DNA of 64,000 bases from positions 1 to 64,000 of the forward strand of contig QPMI01000595.1 in the NCBI GenBank assembly GCA_004431415.1. Reading direction: 5' to 3'. The notes under the pieces are model-generated. The model was given only the letters and a program-made list of their open reading frames with translations, had not been told where the DNA came from and made no database searches. Each line of letters starts with the position of its first letter. Position 1 is the stretch's first letter. The stretch is from Cyanophora paradoxa CCMP329. Taxonomy: Eukaryota; Plantae; Glaucophyta. Shown one piece after another: positions 11,801 to 21,443 of the stretch. Made by a program: the position numbers and the translations under genes.

Positions 11801-12137
11801 AAAGGTTACTAAGCTGGCTCCTCAATACATGCTTGATAACCTGATTAGAAAAGGGAGACATGAAATGACAATTGCGAATCCTCAAATTGGGGGCAGTTCA
11901 GCAAGGCAAAACCATAGCATTACATTAAATTGGAGTCCTGCCTTTGCATCTGCTCCATCTGTTGTTGTAACATTGCAGGGACTACCTGCAACAAATGTGG
12001 AAATCGATTATAAAATAGGAATATCAAGCAACTCAACAACCTCTACCACAATCAATCTTGTTATTTGGGCAGCAGGATGGGTAACCATTCAACCACAGTG
12101 GCTTCAAATTGCAATCCATTGGATAGCATCAGCATAA
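8831..12137 (+). CDS. Large fibre-like virion protein, short variant (several frameshifts)
   Basis: Colinear with the N- and C-termini of the 2451-aa ORF; acidic EEEYLPDG repeats, HTHTKSQITDF repeats (11200-11490), C-terminal PAF...PSVVVT...IHWIA head. Confidence 0.8.
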
Positions 12138-12162
12138 TAAAGATTCTCACACTATTACAAAG

Positions 12163-13226
12163 ATGACCTCTCTATTAGAAATCCCAAACTATGAACTTGC
12201 AGCCAAATCACTACACAGCACCTCTCATGGAGTAGTTGATTCAACCCCTGGGTATATTTGCACTGAGACATCAAGCAATACCTCTTTCACAGAAGGCAAT
12301 ATACTGAGAGTGAAAGAAATTCGATGTGATCGAAATGGAGGCAAGATAAGAACCACAGGTATTATTATCTCCAATAAAAATCAGGTTCAAGCAGGTCAAG
12401 TAATCCCCGATTCAGCAATATATGATAATGTGGGTGGATTTACCACAGCTCAGATAGTTACTTTTGGTAACACAAGTAATAATTCTGCTCTTGTAGTCAA
12501 GAGTGGAGGAGCCTACATTGGAGATGGAGCAAATGTAGCAGGAACTGTTACAGCAAACCAATTAAATGTGAGTGGGACAAGTGTATTCACAGGATTGATG
12601 ACCTTTAATGGTGGTCTCTCAGGAGATGTTAACTATGTTACTCGAATAGCTACTACAAGAGTTAATGCACCTGAGATGGATAATGGGACAGATGCAAATG
12701 TGAATTATAAACGAAACGGAGATATCATTTTCACTCTCGAAAAGACAATAACAGATCTGAAAGCAATCACATTTCCAACAAACAGTGGTCTTAAACGCAG
12801 CTATTGCCCAAGAATGTGTATTTCAGGACAACAAGCAAACGCTCAGATTTTTGGAACAAGTGTTAGTTCCGGCACCCAACACTTCCTTTTCCAGTTGGAA
12901 CATATCTTGTGAATAATGAGGGTCATTTTGACAAACTGTATCCAGCAACATTTACAGCCCCTGTTTCAGGAGTTTATAGGGTCTATTTTACAATTACGGA
13001 AGACAATACTGCAACTGCCTCCTTGACCCAGATTGGACTAAGAATAAACGGAAACAATACAAATCAGATTCTTTCATATGCAAGTCAATCAAGCAGGAAT
13101 CAGATGTGCTACGAAGCTCTTATTACCCTCACCATGGGAGACAGTCTTCAAATTTACTGTATGTTAGGTAGTATTGACTTTCCAAGCAATCACATCTTGT
13201 TGGTTTACCTGGTAAGTGCTACATAA
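12163..13226 (+). CDS. Fibre/spike protein with shared N-terminal domain and C-terminal C1q-like head (frameshift near 12890)
   Basis: N-terminal RVKEIRCDRNGGKIRTT motif; C1q-like FTAPVSGVYRVYF...LTMGDSLQIY. Confidence 0.7.
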
Positions 13227-13248
13227 TATTGTTTGTATAATATAAAGA

Positions 13249-14267
13249 ATGTCTACACAAATAGCTGTTCCTGTTTTCTGTTATGCAGCGCCGAAATTGC
13301 ATCAACTCAACCATACAGTAACAGATGCTACCCCAGGTTTCATTTGCACAGAGACCACAGGAGCCGATTCATTCTCTCAACATTCTGTGATCAGATGCAA
13401 AGAAATTCGATGTGATCGAAATGCAGGCAAGGTGAGAACCACAGGTCTAATAGTCTCAAACAAGAACCAAGTTCAATCAGGTCAGATTGTATCAGATTCA
13501 GCAATTTATGATGATGTGGAGGGTTCACCACACCAAAGATTGTTACCTTTGACAACACCATCAATAACTCAGCTCTTGTAGTAAGAAGTGGAGGCGCTTA
13601 TATTGGAGATGGGGCAAGGATTGATGGAACCCTTACAGCCAATCAAGTAAGCATAACAGGAACAAGCACATTTACAGGATTGGTAACAGCAAATGCTGGA
13701 ATTAGTATTCCCAATTCCACAGAATCAATAATAACAGCATCAACCAAGGTGGTCACTCCTGAAATAGATACAGGAGCAGATGTTAATCTGCTGTTAAAAC
13801 GTAACAGTGATCTTTTTGCAACACTGGAAGCCAATCGTTTGACTCTGAATTCAAGCTATTTAAAATATGTTTCTCAGCCACGATTTTCTGTTCAACTTGG
13901 ATATACTCATGTTGCTACAAGTGCAGCCGCTCTGATCAATTGGACAACCGTTTTGATAAATAATACAGGGTCATTCGATGTTACTAATGGAAGGTTTACA
14001 GCTCCTGTTGCAGGTGATTATAGATTTACAGCATATACCAATTCAACAACAAGTGCTGCAATAAGTCTAAGTTTTCTGAAAAATAATCTTTTACCCAATG
14101 GAGTTAACATTTCAGTAGAAGCTAATTCCACTATCACAACCAAACCTCTTACTCTCAGTGCAATTATCAATGTTCCTGCTGGTGAGTATGTAACACTTGT
14201 CACAGGTTCCACAGGTAGTTATTCAAGTAGAACACTTTTCACAGGTGAACTTCTAAGTATAACATAA
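13249..14267 (+). CDS. Fibre/spike protein with C1q-like head, paralogue (frameshift near 13520)
   Basis: Same N-terminal motif; NTGSFDVTNGRFTAPVAGDYRF...VPAGEYVTL...FTGELL. Confidence 0.75.
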
Positions 14268-14288
14268 TTTTCTCTCTATTAAGTAGAG

Positions 14289-14555
14289 ATGTCAAATATA
14301 TACCAAGTAGTTCTATCTGATATTGAGAAGTTGGGAATGGAATACTGTGCTGCTTCTGTTCAGGATTGGATTGATAATGCTGCCCACAACAGAGCAAGAA
14401 TTGCAATTGATGAGATTGTTCAGAAAGAGATCCACTCTTGTATTTCAGCAGGAGTTCAGATACCAACCTCAAAGGAAGCCATTGTATTACAGGCATTCCA
14501 AAGGGGAACTGTAAAGAAAGGCATCGAGTATAACAATGTCACAGAAGAGCAATGA
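14289..14555 (+). CDS. Small protein resembling phage fibre-associated proteins (88 aa)
   Basis: MEYCAASVQDWIDNAAHNRARIAIDEIV; lies directly after the C1q fibre genes; TAAGTAGAGATG start context. Confidence 0.6.
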   Translation: MSNIYQVVLSDIEKLGMEYCAASVQDWIDNAAHNRARIAIDEIVQKEIHSCISAGVQIPTSKEAIVLQAFQRGTVKKGIEYNNVTEEQ

Positions 14556-14590
14556 ACATTATTTTTCTTTCCTTCTTAGTAAAAGAAGCA

Positions 14591-15445
14591 ATGGGTGAAT
14601 ATAATCGAGTTCAACTGCCTATATATTCCCTTGGATCCCCTGCAATGCATTTTCGCCAGCATGAAGTAAATGATGAGGTTCGTGGTTTAGAATCCACAGA
14701 GAGACCCAATTCCAATGGTAACTCCTTTGATAAAAATTCGATTATTCGAGTTAAAGAGCTGAGAGCTGATAAGAACTCTGGTGTGGTTAAAACAACTCGA
14801 CTGCTTGTCACAAATGCTAACTTCTTCCAACCTACAAATGGAGGTCCAGATGCTTACAGTGTTGATCTGAAAGCCCTTGATTTCGATAAGAATTCTGCTG
14901 CTGTCACTGTGAGATCAGGAGGAGCTTTTATTGGGGGTGGCTGTCGAGTTTCAGGTCAACTTTCTTCATCGATTTCGTATAATGATGTCCCAGATACTCT
15001 TGAACAAAATGTGGAGAACCCACAACGAATACGTTTCTATACACCAGTTGCACAGCAACCTTTTCTACATTTCTATGTTGCTTCCTCTGTCACTCTTGAA
15101 AATTCGGAATTGGTTATTATAACAGGAACTGATCGAGTAAGAAGAAATATTCCGCTTCCCACAGCAATGCTCTCAATGTGTAGAGCAAATAATAACCAAC
15201 AAGGTCACAATTACCTATTCTTTGTTCAAGCATCCAACCATTTCGGTCGGGGATATTGTGTTTATAACAGTTTGACATTTACTTATGATTTGTTTGTCAC
15301 TGAGGTTGGAGTTTACAATACTATGATTATGGGACTGAGAACAGATATAGCAGCTGTTTCAGCACTTCGTGGGGTAAATGTTGCAGATATCTTCACAACA
15401 GGGTTTTACCAGGAACCAGATGTGATTGATAACCCAACCCCATAA
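14591..15445 (+). CDS. Putative fibre/structural protein, shared N-terminal domain family
   Basis: RVKELRADKNSGVVKTT and SGGAFIGGG motifs; orthologue at 32175-33020. Confidence 0.75.
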   Translation: MGEYNRVQLPIYSLGSPAMHFRQHEVNDEVRGLESTERPNSNGNSFDKNSIIRVKELRADKNSGVVKTTRLLVTNANFFQPTNGGPDAYSVDLKALDFDKNSAAVTVRSGGAFIGGGCRVSGQLSSSISYNDVPDTLEQNVENPQRIRFYTPVAQQPFLHFYVASSVTLENSELVIITGTDRVRRNIPLPTAMLSMCRANNNQQGHNYLFFVQASNHFGRGYCVYNSLTFTYDLFVTEVGVYNTMIMGLRTDIAAVSALRGVNVADIFTTGFYQEPDVIDNPTP

Positions 15446-15468
15446 ATTATATATCACTTTAATGTAAA

Positions 15469-16295
15469 ATGGCTGCCCCAGTAGAGCGAATTATTACACC
15501 CCAACTCTCATTAGCAGCACCTGCAAATCACGTTTTGCAGCATGCTACTTTTGATGATGTAGAAGGTCTCCAATCCACAGAAGTACAACCTACAATGAAT
15601 ACCTTTGGTTCCACCCATAAACTGAGATTGCAGGAACTCAGATGTGATAAAAATAATGGTATAGTTAAGACAACGAAACTCCTTGTGACAAATGCGAACT
15701 TTTCTGCCCATTATGGAGACCCAGACAGTTATGGTGATCCTCTTTCTACTTATTCTTTTGAATCTCGGTCGGGAGCTATTAACTGCAAAACGGGGGAGCA
15801 TATATTGGTGATGGTCTTCGGATTGGTGGAGCTGTTGGTGCGCCTCTTTTCGTAAATGATCAACCCAATCCCATTGATCCCAACACCAGAATTCGCACCT
15901 ATGTCCCCAGTATGAATGCACCATATATTATCAAGATCTTCCCAATTGTTGTGAATGAGCAGACATCAGTAGTTGATTCTCTTGTTGAGATTGGTGACCA
16001 CTACAAGGTGGTCGTGGATATTCCACCAGATGTTTATGCTGTCTGTCAAGTAGAGGGTGGAACCCCAAATATTGCAGTTGTGATCACGCCATATGACAAT
16101 TTCGGAATTGCTTATCATGGAGTGAATTTCGGTCTTGAAGATTACCAGTTCTTGGTGAGAGCCACCAGGTTTGGTATCTACAAATGCATTCTCTATGCTG
16201 AGAGAACCGATGCTATTGCAAAACAGAATACATATGCAGAATATTACGGCACAAATCGCTACTTCCCCATTTTCGGGCAGGATACTGCTCCATAG
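15469..16295 (+). CDS. Putative fibre/structural protein, shared N-terminal domain family (1-nt frameshift at ~15795)
   Basis: Near-identical to intact 31315-32151; G5 here versus G6 there. Confidence 0.8.
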
Positions 16296-16322
16296 AAATC
16301 TCAGGTATATATAGAGAGAGGG

Positions 16323-16595
16323 ATGGATGATAAAACAAAGAAATTCATAGAATCTGCAATGATGGTTCATGGTGATGCTAAATTCGATTATAGTGAGACA
16401 GTCTATAAGAAAGCGCAAGAGAAGGTCTCTGTTAGATGCCTTAAATGCAACAAGATCCTGCAAACCTACCCATTTAATCATGTAAGGGGAAGTGGATGCA
16501 GAGAATGCAACAAGAAATCCTCTCATGCATATAGAAAAAAGACGACATCAGGAATCGTGATAGATGATAAACCAGTAGTATTATATTTCGATTAG
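16323..16595 (+). CDS. Small Zn-binding protein, DUF723-like (homing-endonuclease-associated repeat type)
   Basis: HG.KFDYS.T.Y......V.V.CxxC.......NH..G.GCxxC; orthologue at 31020-31292. Confidence 0.7.
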   Translation: MDDKTKKFIESAMMVHGDAKFDYSETVYKKAQEKVSVRCLKCNKILQTYPFNHVRGSGCRECNKKSSHAYRKKTTSGIVIDDKPVVLYFD

Positions 16596-16780
16596 ATCTT
16601 TGAGAGAGAAATGAGAATCTTTCCCCATTTTCCCTTTGTGATTATGCATGTGTCAAAGCAGCTGGACAGGTCTTGTGGTAGTGCAGCAGAATGATATCCA
16701 CCAACTCATAAGGTAGCACTCTTGCTAAGATGGTTCGCATTCTACCATTCGCGTTTTTAATTTTTCTAAATTATTCATAA

Positions 16781-17182
16781 ATGAATACTCATCGAGGCTT
16801 CCATGTGATGCTGGATTACAAATTCAGAACCCAATTAGCAGTAGGAATGGAGGACTTGGAGACAACAACCAGGTGGTTAATGCAGTTCTTGCAAACTATT
16901 ATTCAAGAGCAAGGTATTCGAGTAGTTCACAAGCATTGCGAGATTTTCGATGGTGGTATTTCTCCTCCTGGTTTTGCAATGGTTCTTCTGCTGGATGAGA
17001 GCCATTGCACTGCTCATTGTTACTCAAATGAAGGTATGTTGGCGATTGATATATTCAGTTGTGGATTAGAAGCAGAGAGAAAAACCACGAGAGTATCTCA
17101 TGAGATAGATGAGAGAATAACAGGTGTGTTTTCAGGGTTGGAGAAATCGGAGAAACATAGAGTATTGCGATTTCCGAGTTAG
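16781..17182 (+). CDS. speD: Pyruvoyl-dependent S-adenosylmethionine decarboxylase-like proenzyme (prokaryotic SpeD/SpeH type)
   Basis: GFHVMLD...PPGFAMVLLLDESHCTAHCY...GMLAIDIFSCG, with the E|S self-cleavage site. Confidence 0.82.
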   Translation: MNTHRGFHVMLDYKFRTQLAVGMEDLETTTRWLMQFLQTIIQEQGIRVVHKHCEIFDGGISPPGFAMVLLLDESHCTAHCYSNEGMLAIDIFSCGLEAERKTTRVSHEIDERITGVFSGLEKSEKHRVLRFPS

Positions 17183-17239
17183 TTGACACTGAGAAATTCA
17201 GAATTTCAGATGGTCTTACTGAAAATGGTCAGATAATCG

Positions 17240-17680
17240 GGTGTGACACCTATTTAATTGACTGTGACGCCTCTTTAATTGACTGTGACGCCTGTGACGC
17301 CTGTGACGCCTACTTTCAAACTTTTTAAAATTTTCAAAAATGACAGACTTCTTAAAACAGCCGTCACAGCCGTCACAGGCGTCACACCCAATTAAAAATG
17401 GAATCTCTTTCTCTTACTGAGATATTCAAAAATATATTCTTGTCTTACTGAAATCCGTCTTGTGACACCTCTGACACCTACAAAACACTATCCATTAATC
17501 CACCTTTCCGAAAATGCGAAGTTGTCTTACTGGAAATGGTCTGCAATTTCGCTGTGACACCTAATTTAATTGAGTGTGACGCCTGTGACGCCTGTGACAC
17601 CTACTTTCAAACTTTTTAAAATTTTCAAAAATGACAGACTTCTGAAAACAGGCGTCACAGCCGTCACAGGCGTCACAGAC
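17240..17680. repeat. Two further iteron boxes plus scattered TGTGAC and CTTACTG motifs
   Basis: Direct repeats of 1389-1510 at 17274-17395 and 17565-17678. Confidence 0.85.
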
Positions 17681-18139
17681 ATTCCACCCCTCTTACTGAC
17701 TTTCTCAAAAACAAAACTATCTCTTACTGAATATCATTTGAATACTACCTGTCACACTTGATCTCAATTATTCTGTTTTATAGAACATATGCAATCTAAT
17801 CGACAAGATCCGTGCTCCTGCGGAGCACTAAGTACGGCGAAGCCTCGCGGACGCCCTCGCGGCTGTCACAGTGGGCCTATAGGGCACTCAGCGACTGGCC
17901 AGCGAACAGCTTTCTGGCTGGAAGCTGGCTAGCTGACGGCCAGTCCAGCTAGCCCTGGCCGGCTAGAGGAATATTAATGTGCTGAGGAAATAAAGGGTGG
18001 AGCATACTGAGAGGAGATTAATTATATAATATTGTTGGGAAGGAGGCCCGGGAGGGGCGAGGTTCTCCAAGGCTCGCGGCCAGGCGCATGCACAGAGCTT
18101 GCGAATCGCTTAAACAGAATCTCGAATGCATATAGCATC

Positions 18140-18990
18140 GATGTGCGGGGCTGCGGAGGGGAGGGCGCGCGGAAAGATGTGCAGGCGTGGCCAGGATAGA
18201 ATTTTTGCGTCGGCTGGATTGCCGCGCCCTGTCGCGTCTGCAGAGCTTGCGAAAGGCTTTTAAAAGATCTTAGATGAATATTGTAGCGATGCGCATGCGT
18301 GAGGATGCGAGGGCGCGCGGAAAGATGTTCAGGTCCGTCAAGGATCGAATTTTCGTGGTCGGCTGGGTCCTCGCGGCCCGGCGCATACGCAATGCATGCG
18401 GAAGGCTTTGCGGACATCTCAAATGCTTATACTATTGTTCCGTGCATGCGCCGCGGCGTGGGCGCGCGGAAAGCTGTCCGGGCCTGTCCAGGATCAAAGT
18501 TTTGCCGCCGGCTGGGTTCTCGTGCTCTTTCGCGTCTTCCAAGCTTGTGGAAGGCTTTGATAAAATCCCAAATGAATATGGTAGCGATGCGCTCTCGCGT
18601 GAGGATGCGAGGGCGCGCGGAAAGCTGTGCAGGTCCGTGAAGGATCGAATTTTCGGGGTCGGCTGGGTCCTCGCGGCCCGGCGCATCTGTAAACTGTGCG
18701 GAATGCTTTGTCTACATCTCAAATGCTTATGATATCGTTCCGCGCGTGCGCCGCGGCGCGGGCGCGCGGAAAGATGTCCGGGCCTGTGCAGGATCGAATT
18801 TTTGCTGTCGGGTACCTTCCTGCGCTGTTCGGCCTCTGAAAAGCGGATCCTACATCTTAAATGCTTATGCTATCGTTCCGCGCATGCGCCGCGGCGTGGG
18901 CGCGCGGAAAGATGTCAGGGCGCGTGCAGGATCGAATTTTGGCCGTCGGGTACCTTCCTGCGCTGTTCCGGCTCCGAAAAGCGGATTTCG
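18140..18990. repeat. GC-rich ~150-bp tandem satellite with a ~300-bp higher-order period
   Basis: GGGCGCGCGGAAAG(A/C)TGT at 18163, 18311, 18460, 18611, 18760 and 18898; alternate units are more alike. Confidence 0.8.
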
Positions 18991-19542
18991 GGGGTGCGCA
19001 GGCCCTGCTATGTCCATGCGCGCCAGTACGCATCGATTGCGCGCGTCGCGGGACCGGCCGGAACCGGCCGGATCAAATTTTCGGCCGACTCTTCGCACTG
19101 GAGCGTCGACGGCGCTTGAAATCGAGCTTGCGGCGATGCGCTCGCCCTCGCGCGGCATTCTGTATCGTTCTGGGGCGTCCCTGGCGCGATTTCGTCGCGG
19201 GACCGGGCGGGACCGGGTCCCACCTTCTGACTCGGACTGCATTTGTCGGAGGTTAAGTACCGGAATTGATCCAGAGGGAAATTCGATTTTCGCGCGACGC
19301 CCACGGGCGAGCGGTCGTCTTAGGGGAGCCACGACGCTAAAAATGGATCTAGAGAGGTCTGTGGGGGTTAGGGTAGCTGAGTCATTAGCGGCAATCGCGT
19401 CCGTGTCGAGGCAGAATTAATAATTCGTCCTCGAGGGAGTGCGACGCGGAAATTATTTAGCAGGGGGGATCTTGAGTGGAAAAAAAGGTTAAAAAAGGAA
19501 TTTATATCGGCGGTTTTTGGGTTTGAGAAAGAGGCTTCGCCT

Positions 19543-19997
19543 GATTGTTCAATTGGAGACCATGCAACTCTGTGACACTTTTTCGGTGCAAAAATGTAAA
19601 TCCGCAATTCCATCGATTGTTTAATTGGACGTGATGCAGTTCCGATATATTCCAATAGAAAATCCCGCAATCTGATCGATTGTTTAATTGGACATAATGC
19701 AACTCTGTGACACTTTTTCGGTGCAAAAATGTAAATCCGCAATTCCATCGATTGTTTAATTGGACATGATGCAACTCTGTGACACTTTTTCGGTGCAAAA
19801 ATGTAAATCCGCAATTCCATCGATTGTTTAATTGGACGTGATGCAGTTCCGATATATTCCAATAGAAAATCCCGCAATCTGATCGATTGTTTAATTGGAC
19901 ATAATGCAACTCTGTGACACTTTTTCGGTGCAAAAATGTAAATCCGCAATTCCATCGATTGTTTAATTGGACATGATGCAACTCTGTGACACTTTTT
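19543..19997. repeat. Subterminal tandem array of 72-bp (A) and 63-bp (B) units, order A-B-A-A-B-A-A'
   Basis: Units start GATTGTT(T/C)AATTGGA at 19543, 19615, 19678, 19750, 19822, 19885 and 19957; A units contain TGTGACAC. Confidence 0.9.
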
Positions 19998-20318
19998 GCG
20001 TTTTTCGATACAGAATGGGCGGTGGTCTACTTCAATACCAGAGAGATATATCGAGTTTATGCGAATTTATGCGAATTTATGCGAATTAATCGCGATTATA
20101 TCGTTCTTTAAGTAGTTTAATGTTAATCAATCGAAGTTATATATGTAATCGACAAAGAACATAATATATCGATATAATATCGATCGAATCAATCGTGAAT
20201 ATGCATTAAATTAAACGCGTTTATCATTTTTAATACAAAGTTTGCATTAATTTATACAAAGTTTGCATAAAAAGTTAAAGAAATTAATCGATAAATATGT
20301 ATTTTAGTAGTTAAATTA

Positions 20319-20413
20319 ACACATATTGAAAAACGAATTTAAATCCAGAGTGAATCGAGATCGCGAAGCGATCGAGATGAACGAGGGATTTAAATTCGTT
20401 TTTCAATATGTGT
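20319..20413. repeat. Terminal hairpin of element 1: perfect 28-bp inverted repeat with 39-nt loop
   Basis: ACACATATTGAAAAACGAATTTAAATCC (20319-20346) / GGATTTAAATTCGTTTTTCAATATGTGT (20386-20413). Confidence 0.88.
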
Positions 20414-20495
20414 CAGTGAGACCTGGGGATAGATAAAGTTCGCTTGAACCTTTGGTAGTGAGGAGCTCCTTTAGAGTTGTTCCTGCTTGCGCCAT
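20414..20495 (-). pseudogene. 5' fragment (27 codons) of a probable major capsid gene of a third element, cut by element 1
   Basis: MAQAGTTLKELLTTKGSSELYLSPGLT resembles the element 2 MCP start (SLKEALTTPEEAKAFFL); it is divergent from a penton gene. Confidence 0.45.
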
Positions 20496-20539
20496 TTGCT
20501 ATTATAGACCAGAAAATTTTCATGCATATTGTTGTAAAG

Positions 20540-21418
20540 ATGAAGCTCCGCGTAAATGTCGATTCTAGGGACCGGTTCGAAGGCACGTCCTCGAATTTCA
20601 AGATCAATCTCCCAAGGCCCCTCGTTAATGTAAAGTCGGTGCGAGTTGATTCGCTAGAACTGTTTCATAACATGTTCAACCTGTCAACACAAGCCGCAAT
20701 TATCACCGGCACTCTTGATCCCTCTGGCGTTGAGAAAACGCGTGCTAATGCTTTCAAGCCCGGAGTCTATACGCCAACCTCCCTTGCAAACTATCTAAGC
20801 ACGCTTCTTAAAACCCAGCAGTATAGTTACGGCGGAACTACTTATCAGCGCAAGTTCGTCGTTCAGTTTGAAGAGATCTCAATGAGGCTTAGGTTCCTGT
20901 GTGAAGCGGACTTTATTTTGAGCTTCACATCGGCCGAACTAGCGAACCTGCTCGGGTTTGCGAAGACTCTCAGTGACCTTTCAAGTGAGCTTGACACACC
21001 TGAGACAATCGATGGCGTACAATATTCGTACGAGCTGTTCAGCGATATGCCAGTTGATCTACTTTATCACACGTATTTGTTCCTGTACATTCAGCAGATC
21101 AAAGGACCGATCTTGACACTTAACCCCTATACAACGGGCTCGATCGCAAAGATTCACATCGACTCAAAATTCGGGGAGCTCATCAAGTTCACATCTGAGG
21201 ATCGTGTTCCCGTCACAGGCTTCGATCGAAACGCTGAGCTGTCTGAACTTGACATATCGCTGCGCTATCATAATGGAACAGACGCTGTCACAAACACGGA
21301 GTTCTCGTTCGTGCTAGAGTTCGATATCGAGGATGTCTCTTACACGTCTGCTGCTGCTAAATCCGCAATCAAGAATGCAGCCAGCGAGTACGTCCCCTTC
21401 GACAGATCGTTCGCATAA
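20540..21418 (+). CDS. Minor capsid (penton)-like single jelly-roll protein of a third virus remnant
   Basis: VNVDSRDR...NFKINLPRPLVNVKSVRV...YLFLYI...LSELDISLRYHNG...FSFVLEF; same pattern as 42015-42947. Confidence 0.78.
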   Translation: MKLRVNVDSRDRFEGTSSNFKINLPRPLVNVKSVRVDSLELFHNMFNLSTQAAIITGTLDPSGVEKTRANAFKPGVYTPTSLANYLSTLLKTQQYSYGGTTYQRKFVVQFEEISMRLRFLCEADFILSFTSAELANLLGFAKTLSDLSSELDTPETIDGVQYSYELFSDMPVDLLYHTYLFLYIQQIKGPILTLNPYTTGSIAKIHIDSKFGELIKFTSEDRVPVTGFDRNAELSELDISLRYHNGTDAVTNTEFSFVLEFDIEDVSYTSAAAKSAIKNAASEYVPFDRSFA

Positions 21419-21443
21419 GTTTTTTCCCACTACTAGTTAAAAG

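Larger units (their letters stand above)
1..20413. mobile_element. Endogenous Polinton-like virus, element 1 (left part outside window; probable right terminus at 20413)
   Basis: AT-rich, intronless, gene-dense block with D5 helicase, pPolB, rve integrase, fibres, patatin and SAMDC, all homologous to element 2. It ends in a 28-bp hairpin terminus (...ATGTGT at 20413) with the same architecture as element 2. A GC-rich satellite (18040-19430) lies between the genes and this terminus, so continuity is inferred. Confidence 0.85.

Noticed and set aside
8831-16295. Frameshifts as pseudogenisation or programmed frameshifting (also in MCP, pPolB and integrase of element 2)
   Set aside because: Where an intact homologue exists, the breaks I checked are 1-nt losses in homopolymers (G5 vs G6 at ~15795; CC vs CCC at ~9878). 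Host genes show similar breaks and the TIRs are near-identical, so long-read errors are more likely. Needs read-level confirmation.
18022-19981. Several 100-220-aa ORFs in the repeat region
   Set aside because: By-products of tandem repeats and high GC; the translations are repetitive and overlap in several frames.
19543-19997. CRISPR-like array
   Set aside because: The spacers are themselves repeated (only two types), there are no cas genes, and the context is eukaryotic.
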